From Anthoceros angustus (Eukaryota > Plantae > Anthocerotophyta): a stretch of 64,000 nucleotides of DNA. A model generated the notes under the pieces. That model was not told the origin of the DNA and ran no database searches. It worked only from the letters and a program-made list of their open reading frames with translations. The stretch covers positions 434,001-498,000 of the forward strand of contig MU008173.1 of NCBI GenBank assembly GCA_010909165.1, given 5' to 3'. Positions 13,171-25,800 of the stretch are shown in pieces; the stretch's first letter is position 1; every line of letters starts with the position of its first letter. The position numbers were made by a program, and so were the translations under genes.

Positions 13171-16100
13171 ATGTCTAAGTCTCCTTTCTTACCTCCGGAG
13201 ACTCAAGGCCTTTGCCTTGCTCATGGGATCTTACATCCCTTGCTTCCCTATGATGAGCTCCCGCTCATCACTTGGTGGGGCAACTCCTCCCACCGTGACT
13301 CCATCCGCTCGCCCACCTAACGGGCCGGTTGCCTTCTTATCTCCTTGGGAGCTTCCAAACCGTGACTTCCTTTCCTCCTACCGTGGTAGGAGGTGCTCCT
13401 AGTAGGACTACTTCCCACCGTGGTAGGACTAATTCTGCCCTAGGCCTTGTCATGAGAGGACGAAGGGGTCCCAAACCACCGTGGAACACCTCCCACCTCG
13501 CAGCGGATTCCCGCCATGGTAGGATCTATCCTACCTTCCATCTCCGCATCCTCCGCGGTCCAAACTTCAAATCCCCTACAACTTCTCCTTGCAAGTCCTC
13601 CTGCACATCCTCCGCCTATCTTTCTGAGGGATTCCTTCCGGCAATAATGTCCTGTGGTGCCGCTCACCTTTAGCCGCAGCACCAAGCACTCCTGTCCCTC
13701 TCCGTCAGAAGTACACAATGTTAAAGGGATGCTTGGAATCATCCAACTCCTTACTTGTGAGTAGCCCTCTACTTCCCACAAATGCACTAGATAAGTGCTA
13801 AGATAGCATGGCCTTGACCTGCCTTCATCCGACGCGTTGGGTTTCAACTTTTCCTGGTAGGTGTATGCTTCATACATGATGAGCCCCAATCCGCTTCGCT
13901 CCTTGAGTGATCTTCCATAGAAAATGGAGGAAGGTAGTGCTGAAATATGACACCCTTGGATTGCTCACCAAGCCCAAAACAATTCTTGTGAACAATCTCC
14001 ACTTGGGCTCCAAGATTTGGTCCGTCCGCCAACCATTCTTAGACTTAGCCTTCATGCCCCTTGCATAAGTGTAAGGGCTCCTTGGGAAGATCCGCCGTTG
14101 ATGCACGCTTGCCTCCTCGTTCCTTCCATCAACGTGATTCCGCTATCCTCGCTATCCTACCGCCATATACAGCGTATGCTCCTTACCCAACACCGTGGAT
14201 CCGTCTGCATGCTTTCTATCCGTAAGGCGGCCAATTCCTCTTCCGTCTGCAAATTAGCAAAACACTCTATCAATTCAAGGTAGGACCAATGTCGCCCATA
14301 CACCCACTCTAGTCAGATATTCTCCTGCGCCTATGGTCGAAAGTCCGAACAAAATAACACTTCCTCGGATGGAGTTTCATGTTCGATTCTCTGCATCTCT
14401 GGAAACAACATCTTAAATGATCTAGATGCGTGCTCCCGAACACACGAAATCATCTAGGAATACTTCCATGAACTTCCGTAAGAAATCTCGGAATATAGCG
14501 TTCACCACTCGTTGAAAGGTGGTGAGCGTTACACAACCCGAAGGGCAGCTTGGAATAAGCGTAAGTGCCCCAATCTGTTGTGAACGTAGTCTTATCCTGA
14601 TCCTCCTTCCTCAACGAAATCGATTGTAACCCGAGTACCCATCCAGAATCACATTTCATGGCCAGCCACTGTCTAGCTGTCCATGAAAGGCAAGGTGGTG
14701 GTCCTTCGTTGCTTCATTAAGTTTCAAACTCGACACACCGAACCTTTCCTGTTTACAATTACGATGGGAGCAACCCACTCACCTAGTAAGCACTGGATAA
14801 TCACCTGCCCAAGTATTGGTCCAGATCCTTGACGACCATGGAATACTTGGGATTCAAGATTTGGTCCGTCCAACCATTCTTGGACTTAGCCTTCATGCCC
14901 CTTGCATAAGTGTAAGGGCTCCCTTGGGAAGATCCGCCGTTGATGCACGCTTGCCTCGCTCGTTCCTTCCATCAACGTGATTCCGCTATCCTCGCTATCC
15001 ACTGCCATATACAGCGTATGCTCCTTACATCCCTTGCTTCCCTATGATGAGCTCCCGCTCATCACTTGGTGGGGCAACTCCTCCCACCGTGACTCCATCC
15101 GCTCGCCCACCTAGCAGGGGCCGGTTGCCTTCTTATCTCCTCTTGGGAGCTTCCAAACCGTGACTTCCTTTTCCCTCCTACCGTGGTAGGAGGTGCTCCT
15201 AGTAGGACTACTTCCTACCGTGGTAGGACTAATTCTGCCCGTAGGCCTTGTCATGAGGACGAAGGGGTCCCAAACCCTGGGAACACCTCCCACCCTCGCG
15301 GAGATTCACCGCCATGGTAGGATCTATCCTACCTTCCATCTCCGCATCCAGCGGTCCAAACTTCAAATCCCCTACAACTTCTCCTTGCAAGTCCTCCTGC
15401 ATCCTCGGCCTATCTTTCGGAGGATTCCTTCCGGCAATAATGTCCGGTGGTCTTCGGCACCTCCTTTAGCAAAGCACCAAGCACTCCTGTCCCTCTCACA
15501 GTAAGTACACAATGTTAAAGGGATGCTTGGAATCATCCAACTCCTTACTTGTGAGTAGCCCTCTACTTCCCACAAATGCACTAGATAAGTGCTAAGATAG
15601 CATGACCTTGTACATCTTCATCCGACGCGTTGGGTTTTAACTTTTCCGGTGGTAGGTGTATGCTTCATACATGATGAGCCCCAATCCGGCTTCGCTCCTT
15701 GAGTGATCTTCCATAGAAAATGGAGGAAGGTAGTGCTGAAATATGACACCCTTGGATTGCTCACCAAAACAATTCTTGTGAACAATCTCCACTTGGGCTC
15801 CAAGATTTGGTTGGTCCGTCCATTCTTGGACTTAGCCTTCATGCCCCTTGCATAAGTGTAAGGGCTCCCTTGGGAAGATCCGCCGTTGATGCACGCTTGC
15901 CTCCTCGTTCCTTCCATCAACGTGATTCCGCTATCCTCGCTATCCGGCTGCCATATACAGCGTATGCTCCTTACGTCCAACACCGTGGATCCGTCCGTCG
16001 TTTCTATCCGTAAGGCGGCCAATTCCTCTTCCGTCTGCGCAAATTAGCAAAACACTCCTCTATCAATTCAAGGTTGGTGTAGGACCAATGTCGCCCATAC

Positions 16101-18130
16101 ACCCACTCTAGTCAGATATTCTCCTCTCTGCTTACATGGTGAAAATGCTGAACAAAATAACACTTCCTGGATGGAGTTTCATGTTCGATTCTGCATCTCT
16201 GGAAACAACATCTTAAATGATCTAGATGCGAGTTCGCCTCCGAACACGAAATCATCTAGGAATACTTCCATGAACTTAGTGAAATCTCGGAATATAGCGT
16301 TCACCACTCGTTGAAAGGTGGCGGGGCGTTACACAACCCGAAGCTTGGAATAAGCGTAAGTGCCCCAATCGGTTGTGAGCGTAGTCTTATCTGATCCTCC
16401 TTCCTCAACGAAATCGATTGTAACCCGAGTACCCATCCGAGCTTGCATTTCATGGCCCACATGTCTAAGTCTCCTTTCTTACCTCCGGAGACTCAAGGCC
16501 TTTGCCTTGCTCATGGGATCTTACATCCCTTGCTTCCCTATGATGAGCTCCCGCTCACTTGGTGGGGCAACTCCTCCCACCGTGACTCCATCCGCTCGCC
16601 CACCTAACGGGCCGGTTGCCTTCTTATCTCCTTGGGAGCTTCCAAACCGTGACTTCCTTTCCTCCTACCGTGGTAGGAGGTGCTCCTACCACAGGACTAC
16701 TTCCTACCGTGGTAGGACTACCCCCACAGGTCATGAGAGGACGAAGGGGTCCCAAACCAGTGGGAACACCTCCCACCTCGCAGCGGATTCGCCATGGTAG
16801 GATCTATCCTACCTTCCATCTCCGCATCCTCCGCGGTCCAAACTTCAAATCCCCTACAACTTCTCCTTGCAAGTCCTCCTGCACATCCTCCGCCTATCTT
16901 TCTGAGGGATTCCTTCCAATAATGTCCTGTGTGGTGCGGCACCTCCTTTAGCCGCAAAGCACCAAGCACTCCTGTCCCTCTCCGGCCGTAAGTACACAAT
17001 GTTAAAGGGATGCTTGGAATCATCCAACTCCTTACTTGTGAGTAGCCCTCTACTTCCCACAAATGCACTAGATAAGTGCTAAGATAGCATATGACCTGCC
17101 TTCATCCGACGCGTTGGGTTTCGAACTTTTCCTTGGTAGGTGTATGCTTCATACATGATGAGCCCCAATCCGCTTCGCTCCTTGTGATCTTCCATAGAAA
17201 ATGGAGGAAGGTAGTGCTGAAATATGACACCCTTGGATTGCTCACCAAGCCCAAAACAATTCTTGTGAACAATCTCCACTTGGGCTCCAAGATTTGGTCT
17301 GTCCGCCACCCGTTCTTAGACTTAGCCTTCATGCCCCCTTGCATAAGGGTAAGGGCTCCCTTGGGAAGATCCGCCGTTGATGCACGCTTGCCTCCGCTTG
17401 TTCCTTCCATCAACGTGATTCCGCTATCCTCGCTATCCTACCGCCATATACAGCGTATGCTCCTTACCCAACACCGTGGATCCGTCGCTTTCTATCCGTA
17501 AGGCGGCCAATTCCTCTTCCGTCTGCAAATTAGCAAAACACTCTATCAATTCAAGGTTGGTGTAAGACCAATGTCGCCCATACACTCTATCAGATATTCT
17601 CCTCTCACGCCCATGGTCGAAAGTCTGAACAAAATAACACTTCCCTGGATGGAGTTTCATGTTCGATTCTCTGCATCTCTGGAAACACTGTCTTAAATGA
17701 TCTAGATGCAGGTTCCGCCTCCCGAACACACAGAAATCATCTAGGAATACTTCCATGAACTTCCGTAAGAAATCTCGGAATATAGCGTTCACCACTCGTT
17801 GAAAGGTGGCAGGAGCGTTACACAACCCGAAGGGCAGCTTGGAATAAGCGTAAGTGCCCCAATCGGTTGTGAACGTAGTCTTATCCTGATCCTCCTTCCT
17901 CAACGAAATCTGATTGTAACCCGAGTACCCATCCGAAATCATACATTTCATGGCCAGCCATGTTCTAGCACGTCCATGAAAGGCAAGGTGGTGGTCCTTC
18001 TTCGTTGCTTCATTAAGTTTCACGAAATCACAGAACCTTTCCTGTTGCTTCTTGGGTACAATTACGATGGGAGCAACCCACTCCGTAAGCCTTTGGATAA
18101 ATCACCACCAAGTATTGGTCCGATTGATCC
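13170..18130 (-). repeat. Imperfect triplication of a 1.6-1.8 kb unit (RT fragment fused to extra ORF)
   Basis: AACAAAATAACACTTCC at about 14349, 16150 and 17628. TACATCCCTTGCTTCCCTATGATGAGCTCCCGCTCA at about 13231, 15026 and 16522. Confidence 0.85.
17620..18130 (-). pseudogene. Ty3/Gypsy reverse transcriptase fragment
   Basis: KLNEATKKDH, GYSGYNQI, KTTFTTDWGTYAYSKLPFGLCNAPATFQRVV, FMEVFLDDFCVFG, KLHPGKCYF. Partial copies also at about 14340-14830 and 16140-16455. Confidence 0.9.
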
Positions 18131-21100
18131 TTGGCGACCATGGAATACTTGGGATTCGTGTATTGCTTGATCCTTACGGTGTCTTGCCTCCTTCAAATCA
18201 ATTCGATGTATCCCGGTTCCTCGAATTCTGTCATGTCGTAATCTTGAAGGCAAACACATCGACATACTCCCTAAGCATGCTCTGAAACTCTTCCTTTTCC
18301 ACATCCTAGATACCTAGAAACCTTGACTACCTTGGGTTCTAACTCTAAGTCCTCCACCGCGTCGGATCTACATAGGTTCCTTGGTGCTGCCTATCTTGGT
18401 TCGGATCCCTCTTAGGAAAGTCTCGCTCATAAGCTTTGCCCTTCAAAGGCTACTCCTTCTCTATGGGCCTCATCTTGATTCTTCTATGACTTCCTCTATA
18501 TGTAAGCAGTACACCAAATCACTCTTTATTTGACCTCGTGAGGACCCCGATATGCTCGATCCTTTGCAGGAGCTTACCCGTGCTACAGGTGTACCGTCGG
18601 TGGGTTGCAGACTCCCCTCATAAGGAGCCTTACTCCATGACACAAAGCAATCGCCGCAGTCGTATCTTGGACTTGAAGGTGATGCCACTCGACCAAATCA
18701 AAAACACACGTACCATACAACCAAGGCCTACCTATCAAAACCTTATAGCCTAGATCCGAAACCGGCGCATCACAATGTAGGTAAGATGGAAGGTGAGTCC
18801 CCAATTCAGTGGGCACGTCCTTGACACCCTAGTGGCTTTCTCCTTGCAGTCGGCCATCCGTAAAAATACTCGGGCGGGTGAAACTCGGTGAACCCGAGTT
18901 GATGAGCCGTCTCCTCCGTCATCAAGTTGACTCGATCCGAATCTAATGGCACGTCGGGCACCAAACACCCGCAATTTCAACCTCAATCTCGGGTGCCCCA
19001 AATCAATGAGTTCGACCACATTTACCTCCGCCGCTTTCTCCTCCTACTACTTGAGGATTCCCACGATCGCCTCCTTCACAATTTTGCGGGATCTCGGACT
19101 CACAAGCAAGCATCTCGGTGACCACAAATTCGCGGTCAAGTAATGCGTCGTGGCCGGAGATTTTATCGACAAGGTTTCCTCCCGCTTGCAGCCACAGCTG
19201 GTCGACTCCGACCTTATTGGTAAAGCTTCGATTCCATGATCCCTCCTATCGGTTGGGACCCATACCGGCGGATCAATAATTTACGGCTCGCCATTTCTTC
19301 CATCGGGTGAGCTGTTTAGCTCATCTTCCGGCATCGCCGCTACTTCTCGGTGATGTCGGGAGGAAGCGTGGTTCGTTCCTCCTCTCCTTGACCTGCCCGC
19401 AGCAGTGGTGCAGTCTACTTTGTGGGCCTCCCTCTCCTCACGCTTGGGCGCGTCTCCGGAGGCCAGGTGAGTCGTCCCTCACCTTCCTCCGCTTCCTTTC
19501 CTCTGTTCGCCGTTTTCCGTACCTCGGCCTTTCTCCCGCTTGATCGGTGGTCACCTTGGCCACCATCAATCCTTCATCCGCACTCATCTCTCCTTCCTTC
19601 CTCACGATCACGATGTCTGCTGGATCCGTCGAGGAATCATACTCCGCCTCCACCTTGACCGTGTCGTGGTCACGTGATCGCGGTTTGAGTTGGGCCTTGC
19701 CTCCTCTGCCCAGTTATAAATCTGGTGTGGTGCCACTCGCGCCACCCGCACAGGATCCCCATTTTATGTCCCAATTCCTTACTTGACAAAAGGGTACATA
19801 GCCCACTTGTTTTCGTGGTTACGGACATTCATTTGAGTAGTGACACGGTGCTCCATTGTAACAACACCCACTGGAAATTGCCTCTGCGATGGATCGGTCT
19901 CCATGGTCTGGCGATGTCGGTCGCGATCCATACCTCGAGGGGGTGGTGTGGTCGGTTGGTAAGTCGCCCTCATGGATTGAGGTGGACTTCCGGTGACGCT
20001 TGCACGATAAGCTTCATCCACATACCAATAGTCCCCGGCATGGCGGTGTCCACATGGTTTACCGCATGTCGTGGTGCCGCGAATACATTCCGGTTGGTGT
20101 GTCCGTTTGATGACAAATTGAGCAATACACCAAGCGCCTTGCGTGAGGAGATCTTCGTGGAGCTTGATTCTTCACTTTGACCTCTAACTCGGTCAATCTT
20201 GGTCAAAGCCTCCACTTGTCCGCAATTCCTCCTCTGCAGACGTTTCTCCCTTCCTCCATCCGGACCGTCTTCCCTTCCTCTCCTTCTCCAATGCGTTCCG
20301 CTTCTTCCTTGTCGTTTGACCTTCTCCGGGTCCTTCTTTATTCGCCGTTCGTAGGCCTTTTACGATTCCTCATCCGATGTGGAGCTTTCTTGAGTTCGCT
20401 ATCCTCGCTTTTATGAGGACGAGGGTGACGAGCTGGAGGAGGTGGCGAGGAAGGCGAGCTAGATCTCTCGATCCTTCCTCTTCTTATGACCGCCTCTTCT
20501 TCTTCTCCTCCCTAACTCGGCGGACTCCCATTCCTCGGAAGCGGAGGCCCCTTAACGTCTTCGTCCCACGCTGCGGTGTACCTCCATTTTCGAGACAAGC
20601 CACTCAAACCAATCCAGCGCTTGCTCTTGTGAGTACCAGTGGTGGATCCCGGCCTCTCGGGTGCACATTTGAACTCGATCCGGATACCATAAAACCTCTC
20701 CACATAATCAAACAAAGATTCTCGTTTCTTCCTCGAGGGTCCTCAACTTTGCTAAAGTGTGGTGTGCATGGCCCTCGAACCGATTCGAAGGCTGAGCTTC
20801 CCAATCGGCGACCCGAATTATAGGTGCGACCATACCCTTATGCATGCCCTCTCAGATCCGGAAAAATCGTGATCGATCGGCGACTCCATCCTCCAAGTTA
20901 GCGTGGGAGACATGCTCAAAGTTCTTACAAAGCGCCTCGCGTCATCTCCCTTCTTCTTCGCCGAATTTGGCGTATTCTTGGCGACTATGAAGTTGGGCGG
21001 TCCTCCTCCTCCACCAACTCCACTCATGTTGCTCGGTCGGAGTGTCCCGCACGGACCAACACTCCTCTCGCCGGGTAACGAAACAAATCGGGATCCTTGA

Positions 21101-21754
21101 GGAGTAGCGACCTCCCTCTAGTTCGTCCCAAAGATCAATCGATCGATTCGATCGAGTCGTTCCGCCAAATCCTCCGACCAAGCACACTCCCGCTCACGAC
21201 CTCGTCGTCCTCGATCTTGGAGATGAGGTGGTGTCACCGCTTTGAGAAGCAAAGCGTCGCGGGCGTTCGCGGCGGTTGTGGGCAACTCGTGCTCGGAGGC
21301 GCGACCCTTCCTAAATCCGGACACCAGCTTCTCTTCTCGACCTCCTTCCTCTCTCGGTGATCTCGCCTCTTCCTCCTCCACTTTTTCTCAGCCGTTCCGC
21401 TCCGCCTTAGGCGACTTCTTCCACGTCCCGTAACTCTACTTCCTCCGCTGCCTCGAGTAGCGGCGGTGTCTCTTCCAGTGATTTCTTCGCAAGGCTCGTA
21501 AATCTCTTGCGGTGACGGCGGTGGTGACCTTCGCGTGTATCTCCCTAGATCGACCCATCGACATACGCAACCATCCTCATGTCCTCCAACCCGAGTTAAG
21601 GAAGCAAACCACACCTCTAGTGTCTCAACCATTCACCCGATGACAACTTAAAGGCGTGAGCTTCTTCCTCACAACACATGGTGACCCTCGGTCCCTTCTC
21701 AAGCATGCTGACCTAGCGATGGAAACCACAAAACTTCAACCTTTCAACAACAAA

Positions 21755-21768
21755 TCCCGGCAGCGCCA
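21755..21768 (-). promoter_or_regulatory. Primer-binding site, Athila-like (tRNA-Asp type, degenerate)
   Basis: Minus strand reads CCACA-TTTTTGGCGCTGCCGGGA directly after the LTR end, resembling the Athila PBS TGGCGCCGTTGCCGGGG. Confidence 0.7.
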
Positions 21769-21772
21769 AAAA

Positions 21773-22851
21773 TGTGGTAGGGAGAATCCGGGGCACTCCC
21801 AGGTCCTCCCACTATAGCGGCCACACTTACTTGTCGCCCGTCGTTGGGTTTCGTCCCATGAGACTTGTGTGAAAGTTCGAGGCCTTGTGATGTCGTCGCT
21901 ACTGCACAACTCTCACCTTCTCAACAAGCGCCCCTACTCTCCCTCTCACAGTGCACCGCCTTGCTTGCTCGCCAACCTCGACGACACAAAACAATTGCGG
22001 GTCTCGGACAAGGAGCCTACCACGGCCGACCCCAGTTCACACGCGATTTCGTCCCTACTTCTAAGACCAAACTTGACCTACGACACAACACAATTGCGGT
22101 CACGCCTCGGCAGAGCCTACCACGGGCGCCGGGGACCCCAGTTCACACGCGATTTGTCCCTACTTCTAAGACCACTCTTCTCCACTCGGGGCGCTCTTTA
22201 CTTGCAGTTGGGATTCGTCCCTTAGGCTCACACTGTGGCCTTCCACTAACACCTACACCTCTAATCCTCTACTCATCTTCTCATCTCCTCATCCTCTTCC
22301 TCCTATTCTAACCTCGATTCGGGCTTCTTGGTTTCGACTCGCCCTTCAGCTGGCACAGGGTCCTCCACCAGCAAGTTCTTCCTTGGGCGGTTGCTATGAG
22401 TTTGACAGAATGAGAACCTCCGAGTCTTTCCCAGTCTACCCTCAAGCCGAGAGTTCTCAGGCATTTGCCACACACCCAAAGCAAAGCAATTTCACGGCAA
22501 CCATTCACAAGGGAGCAACTCGTTTAGGCACTTGAGCAAGTCCTCCACCAACACTCAGACCACGCGACTTCCTCTCTACAGTGTTGGCTCACGGCACGAA
22601 ATTCCTCTGTAATGGCAAAGGACTCGATGAGCGTGGGCGCAAGACATGATACTTTACTTTGTGAAATCCTCCTCCTCTTATAGGAGGCCTTCCACATACA
22701 ACCTCCCTTGGGTGACCCTCTGCAGTCACCTTTTCCAATATTCTATTACTACCTTGACATTTAATGTGGCACCTAAATCTATTATGCATTTCTTGGTAAA
22801 TCCTATTCTAGCAACTTCACCTAAGTCTATCCTCGAAGGATGTCGATTACA
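21773..22851 (-). repeat. LTR-B (about 1.08 kb), flanked by a PPT on one side and a PBS on the other
   Basis: Starts TGTAATCGACATCC at 22851 and ends CCTACCACA at 21773. Purine tract GTAGAAGAATAGGAAGGAGTGA immediately upstream. Closely similar inverted copy at 37472-38567. Confidence 0.9.
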
Positions 22852-25800
22852 TCACTCCTTCCTATTCTTCTACCTAGCATTTATGGCCCTTGACCATATC
22901 TAGTCTTCACCTCTGGGGTGGACGTGTCCGTGGTGGATTGGCTCCCTCGCCCTCCTTTTGCTCTTGCCCTTCCCGGCCTTTGTCGCTTCCTAATGTGTGG
23001 GGCAAGTACAATCTTGCCCTTCCTCCATCTCGCAGGCGGCGTCTGGATCCTCTCCTCCGGCAATCGCGCTTCCGCCCCGCGCACCTGCGCCTTCCTCCAT
23101 CTCCGCCTCGTCGCGATCAGCCCTACCCTGGTGATGGCGGACTACGTGGTGACCTATCGTGGTAGTCGGTAACTCCTTACTTCCTTCTTTCCCTTCTCAT
23201 CGGTGAGGGTTTCTTGGGTCGATCTTCATTGCTCTTTGCCTTTTGGTTGTCCATACCTATCATAGAGCACCCTTCATCCCCATCGCCCACCATGCGGTTT
23301 TCTAATCTCTCGGGCCCTTTTTGCGTTGGACTCCTCCTCGGGTCCGGTTCCTCCCTTACTCGTGGGATAAGGGATTCCTCACCCTTCCTTCCTCCGGGGT
23401 GGACCCGTCCTTAGTTTCCTCCGGTGGGGTTGTCTCTCCCACCACCCAGCTGCTCCCGGTGGTATCTGCACCCCGGCCTTCCATCTTGATTGGGCTCTCC
23501 CAACTCCCCAACAGCTCTATGCCCGGTGATCGCGGACTCCGGGCGTGGTTGTCCCCAGTGATGGCGGACTACGTGGTAGGGTGGTCACCTAGTAGGTGAC
23601 CCCTGGAGGGGCTGTCCCTCTCCTTGCTCTCTCCCATCACGGTCGCGGTGGCTCCTTCACCTCGACTCCTCAGTTCCTCGGAGTCCATTTCGTGATGGCC
23701 TCATCAAAATCGGAGGCCTCACACTTGTTGCAGCTCCTTGTCATCATCATGAGGACCCAATGTCCTCCTCTTGGCCAAGTAAGACTTCGTTGTTGGCCTT
23801 CAAGATCTGTTGTGGAGGTGAGCCCCAAGTTGTGATCGCATTTGGAGATCATCAATCTCCGTGGGCCACTCTCCATCCTCGCACCTACCCTTGTAGGCAT
23901 CTCTTGCGGTGGTTAATTCTCCCACCTTCACATGGAGGTTACATTCTCCTCCCTCACTTCCTTTAGTGGCTGGCCAATTTTGCACGAAGGGCATAGTCGC
24001 CAAAATGGCCTTCCTCACCACGTGCATGCACCACCTTCTTGTGGCTCCTCCTCCAAGACCTCCTTTGTTCCAGTCCGCTAATTCTTGGGCAAGCCCTCTT
24101 CTCGCTTGCCAAGCATCCTTCGCTCCGGCTCTGGTCTTGTGCTTCTCGCTCAGCGCTCCTCTTCCAAATTACGGGTCCTTCTCAACTCCTCTCCCATATC
24201 CGGATTTTGATAGCTTGAGTAGCCATCACTGCTCATGCGGCCACTTCTTTGGACGCTTCTCCTTTCCTAGTGCCTCGGCCTTGCTTTTCCTTTCTTGCTC
24301 TAATTGGGCAAAATGCTCTTCGCCTTTTGCCTCCATGAATCCTTTTGGGTTGTTGCCCGAATGGCTCTTTCTTCTTTGACAACTTCCCTCAGGACTTCTC
24401 TCTTGTTGTTCTATGAGGTGTGGAGCTTCTCCTGACCTTTCCAATTTGGCTGCCTTTTCATCGGACTCCATGGCCAATTGCCACTTGGTCCACCTTTCTT
24501 CCGGCCATGTCTTGAGATTTCACTTCCTTTAGTGGCTGGCCAATTTTGCACGAAGGGCATAATGCCAAAATCGCTTCCTCACTACCCATTCATGCACCAC
24601 CTTCTTGTGGCTCCTCCTCCGAGACCTCCTTTGTTCCAGTCTATTCTTGGGCAAGCCCTCTCTCCGCTTGCCAAGCATCTTCGCTCCGCTCACAGTCTTG
24701 TGCTTCTCGCTCGCGCTCCTCTTCCAAATTGTCGGGTCCTTCTCAACTCCTCTCCCATATCCGGATTTTGATGGCTTGAGTAGCCATCACACTTGTGCGG
24801 CCACTTGAGTTACCTTCTCCTTTCCTAGTGCCTCGGCCTTGCTTTTCCTTTCTTGCTCTAATTGGGCAAAATGCTCTTCGCCTTTTGCCTCCATGAATCC
24901 TTTGGGTTGTTGCCCGAATGGCTCTTTCTTCGGTTTGACAACTTCCCTCCACCTTCTCCGCGTGTTCTATGAGGTCTGGAGCTTCTCCAGACCTTTCCAA
25001 TTTGGCTGCCTTTTCATCGGACTCCATGGCCACTTAGTCCCTGCCTTTCTTCCGGCCATGTCTTGAGATTTCACTTCCTCTTGGCATGCCCACAAGGAGG
25101 CTAGGTCCCTAGCCCCTTCAAATCCACGGTGAGTGCTTCACAAGCTCAGCAATTCTCCTAGGGGTCCTAATTCCACCCCTCTTGGAAATTTCCAGCTCTC
25201 TTTTGGGCCATCAGCGCGGCGGTCCCTTCCTCGCTCCATCCGCTCTCCCACCCAGTAGCGGAGATGGTGGCCTCGGCGCCCGCTCACTCGCGTTCTTCTC
25301 CTTCCCTTCCACCGTGAGGCTGCACAGGCGGCGTGGGGTGCACCCCTACAGGTGGGTGCTCCCCCGTGGTAGTGCCTACCATGGTAGGTGACCCCTGAGG
25401 TGCTCCTCTCCTTGCTCTCGCGCCGTCTCCCATCACGGTGTCGCGGTGGCTCCTTCACCTCGACTCCTCAGTTCCTCGGAGTCCATTTCGTGATGGCCTC
25501 ATCAAAATCGGAGGCCTCTGGCTGCACTTATTCGCCTTCATCATCATGAGGACCCAATGTCCTCCTCTTGGCCAACCGTAAGACTTCGTTGTTGGCCTTC
25601 AAGATCTGTTGTGGAGGTGAGCCCCAAGTTGTGATCGCATTTGGAGATCATCAATCTCCGTGGGCCACTCTCCATCCTCGCACCTACCTTGTAGGCATCT
25701 CTTGCGGTGGTTAATTCTCCCACCTTCACATGGAGGTTACATTCTCCTCCCTCACTTCCTTTAGTGGCTGGCCAATTTTGCACGAAGGGCATAATGCCAA

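Larger units (their letters stand above)
10134..21772 (-). mobile_element. Ty3/Gypsy (Athila/OTA-like) internal region: gag, protease, truncated RT, extra 3' ORF; lacks RNase H and integrase (non-autonomous)
   Basis: Follows a PBS at 21755-21768. Gag-like sequence at about 21200-19300, protease YKVLIGRPWLY at about 18750, RT in ORF 17433-18023, and a coiled-coil-rich 3' region at 13170-10200. Confidence 0.85.
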
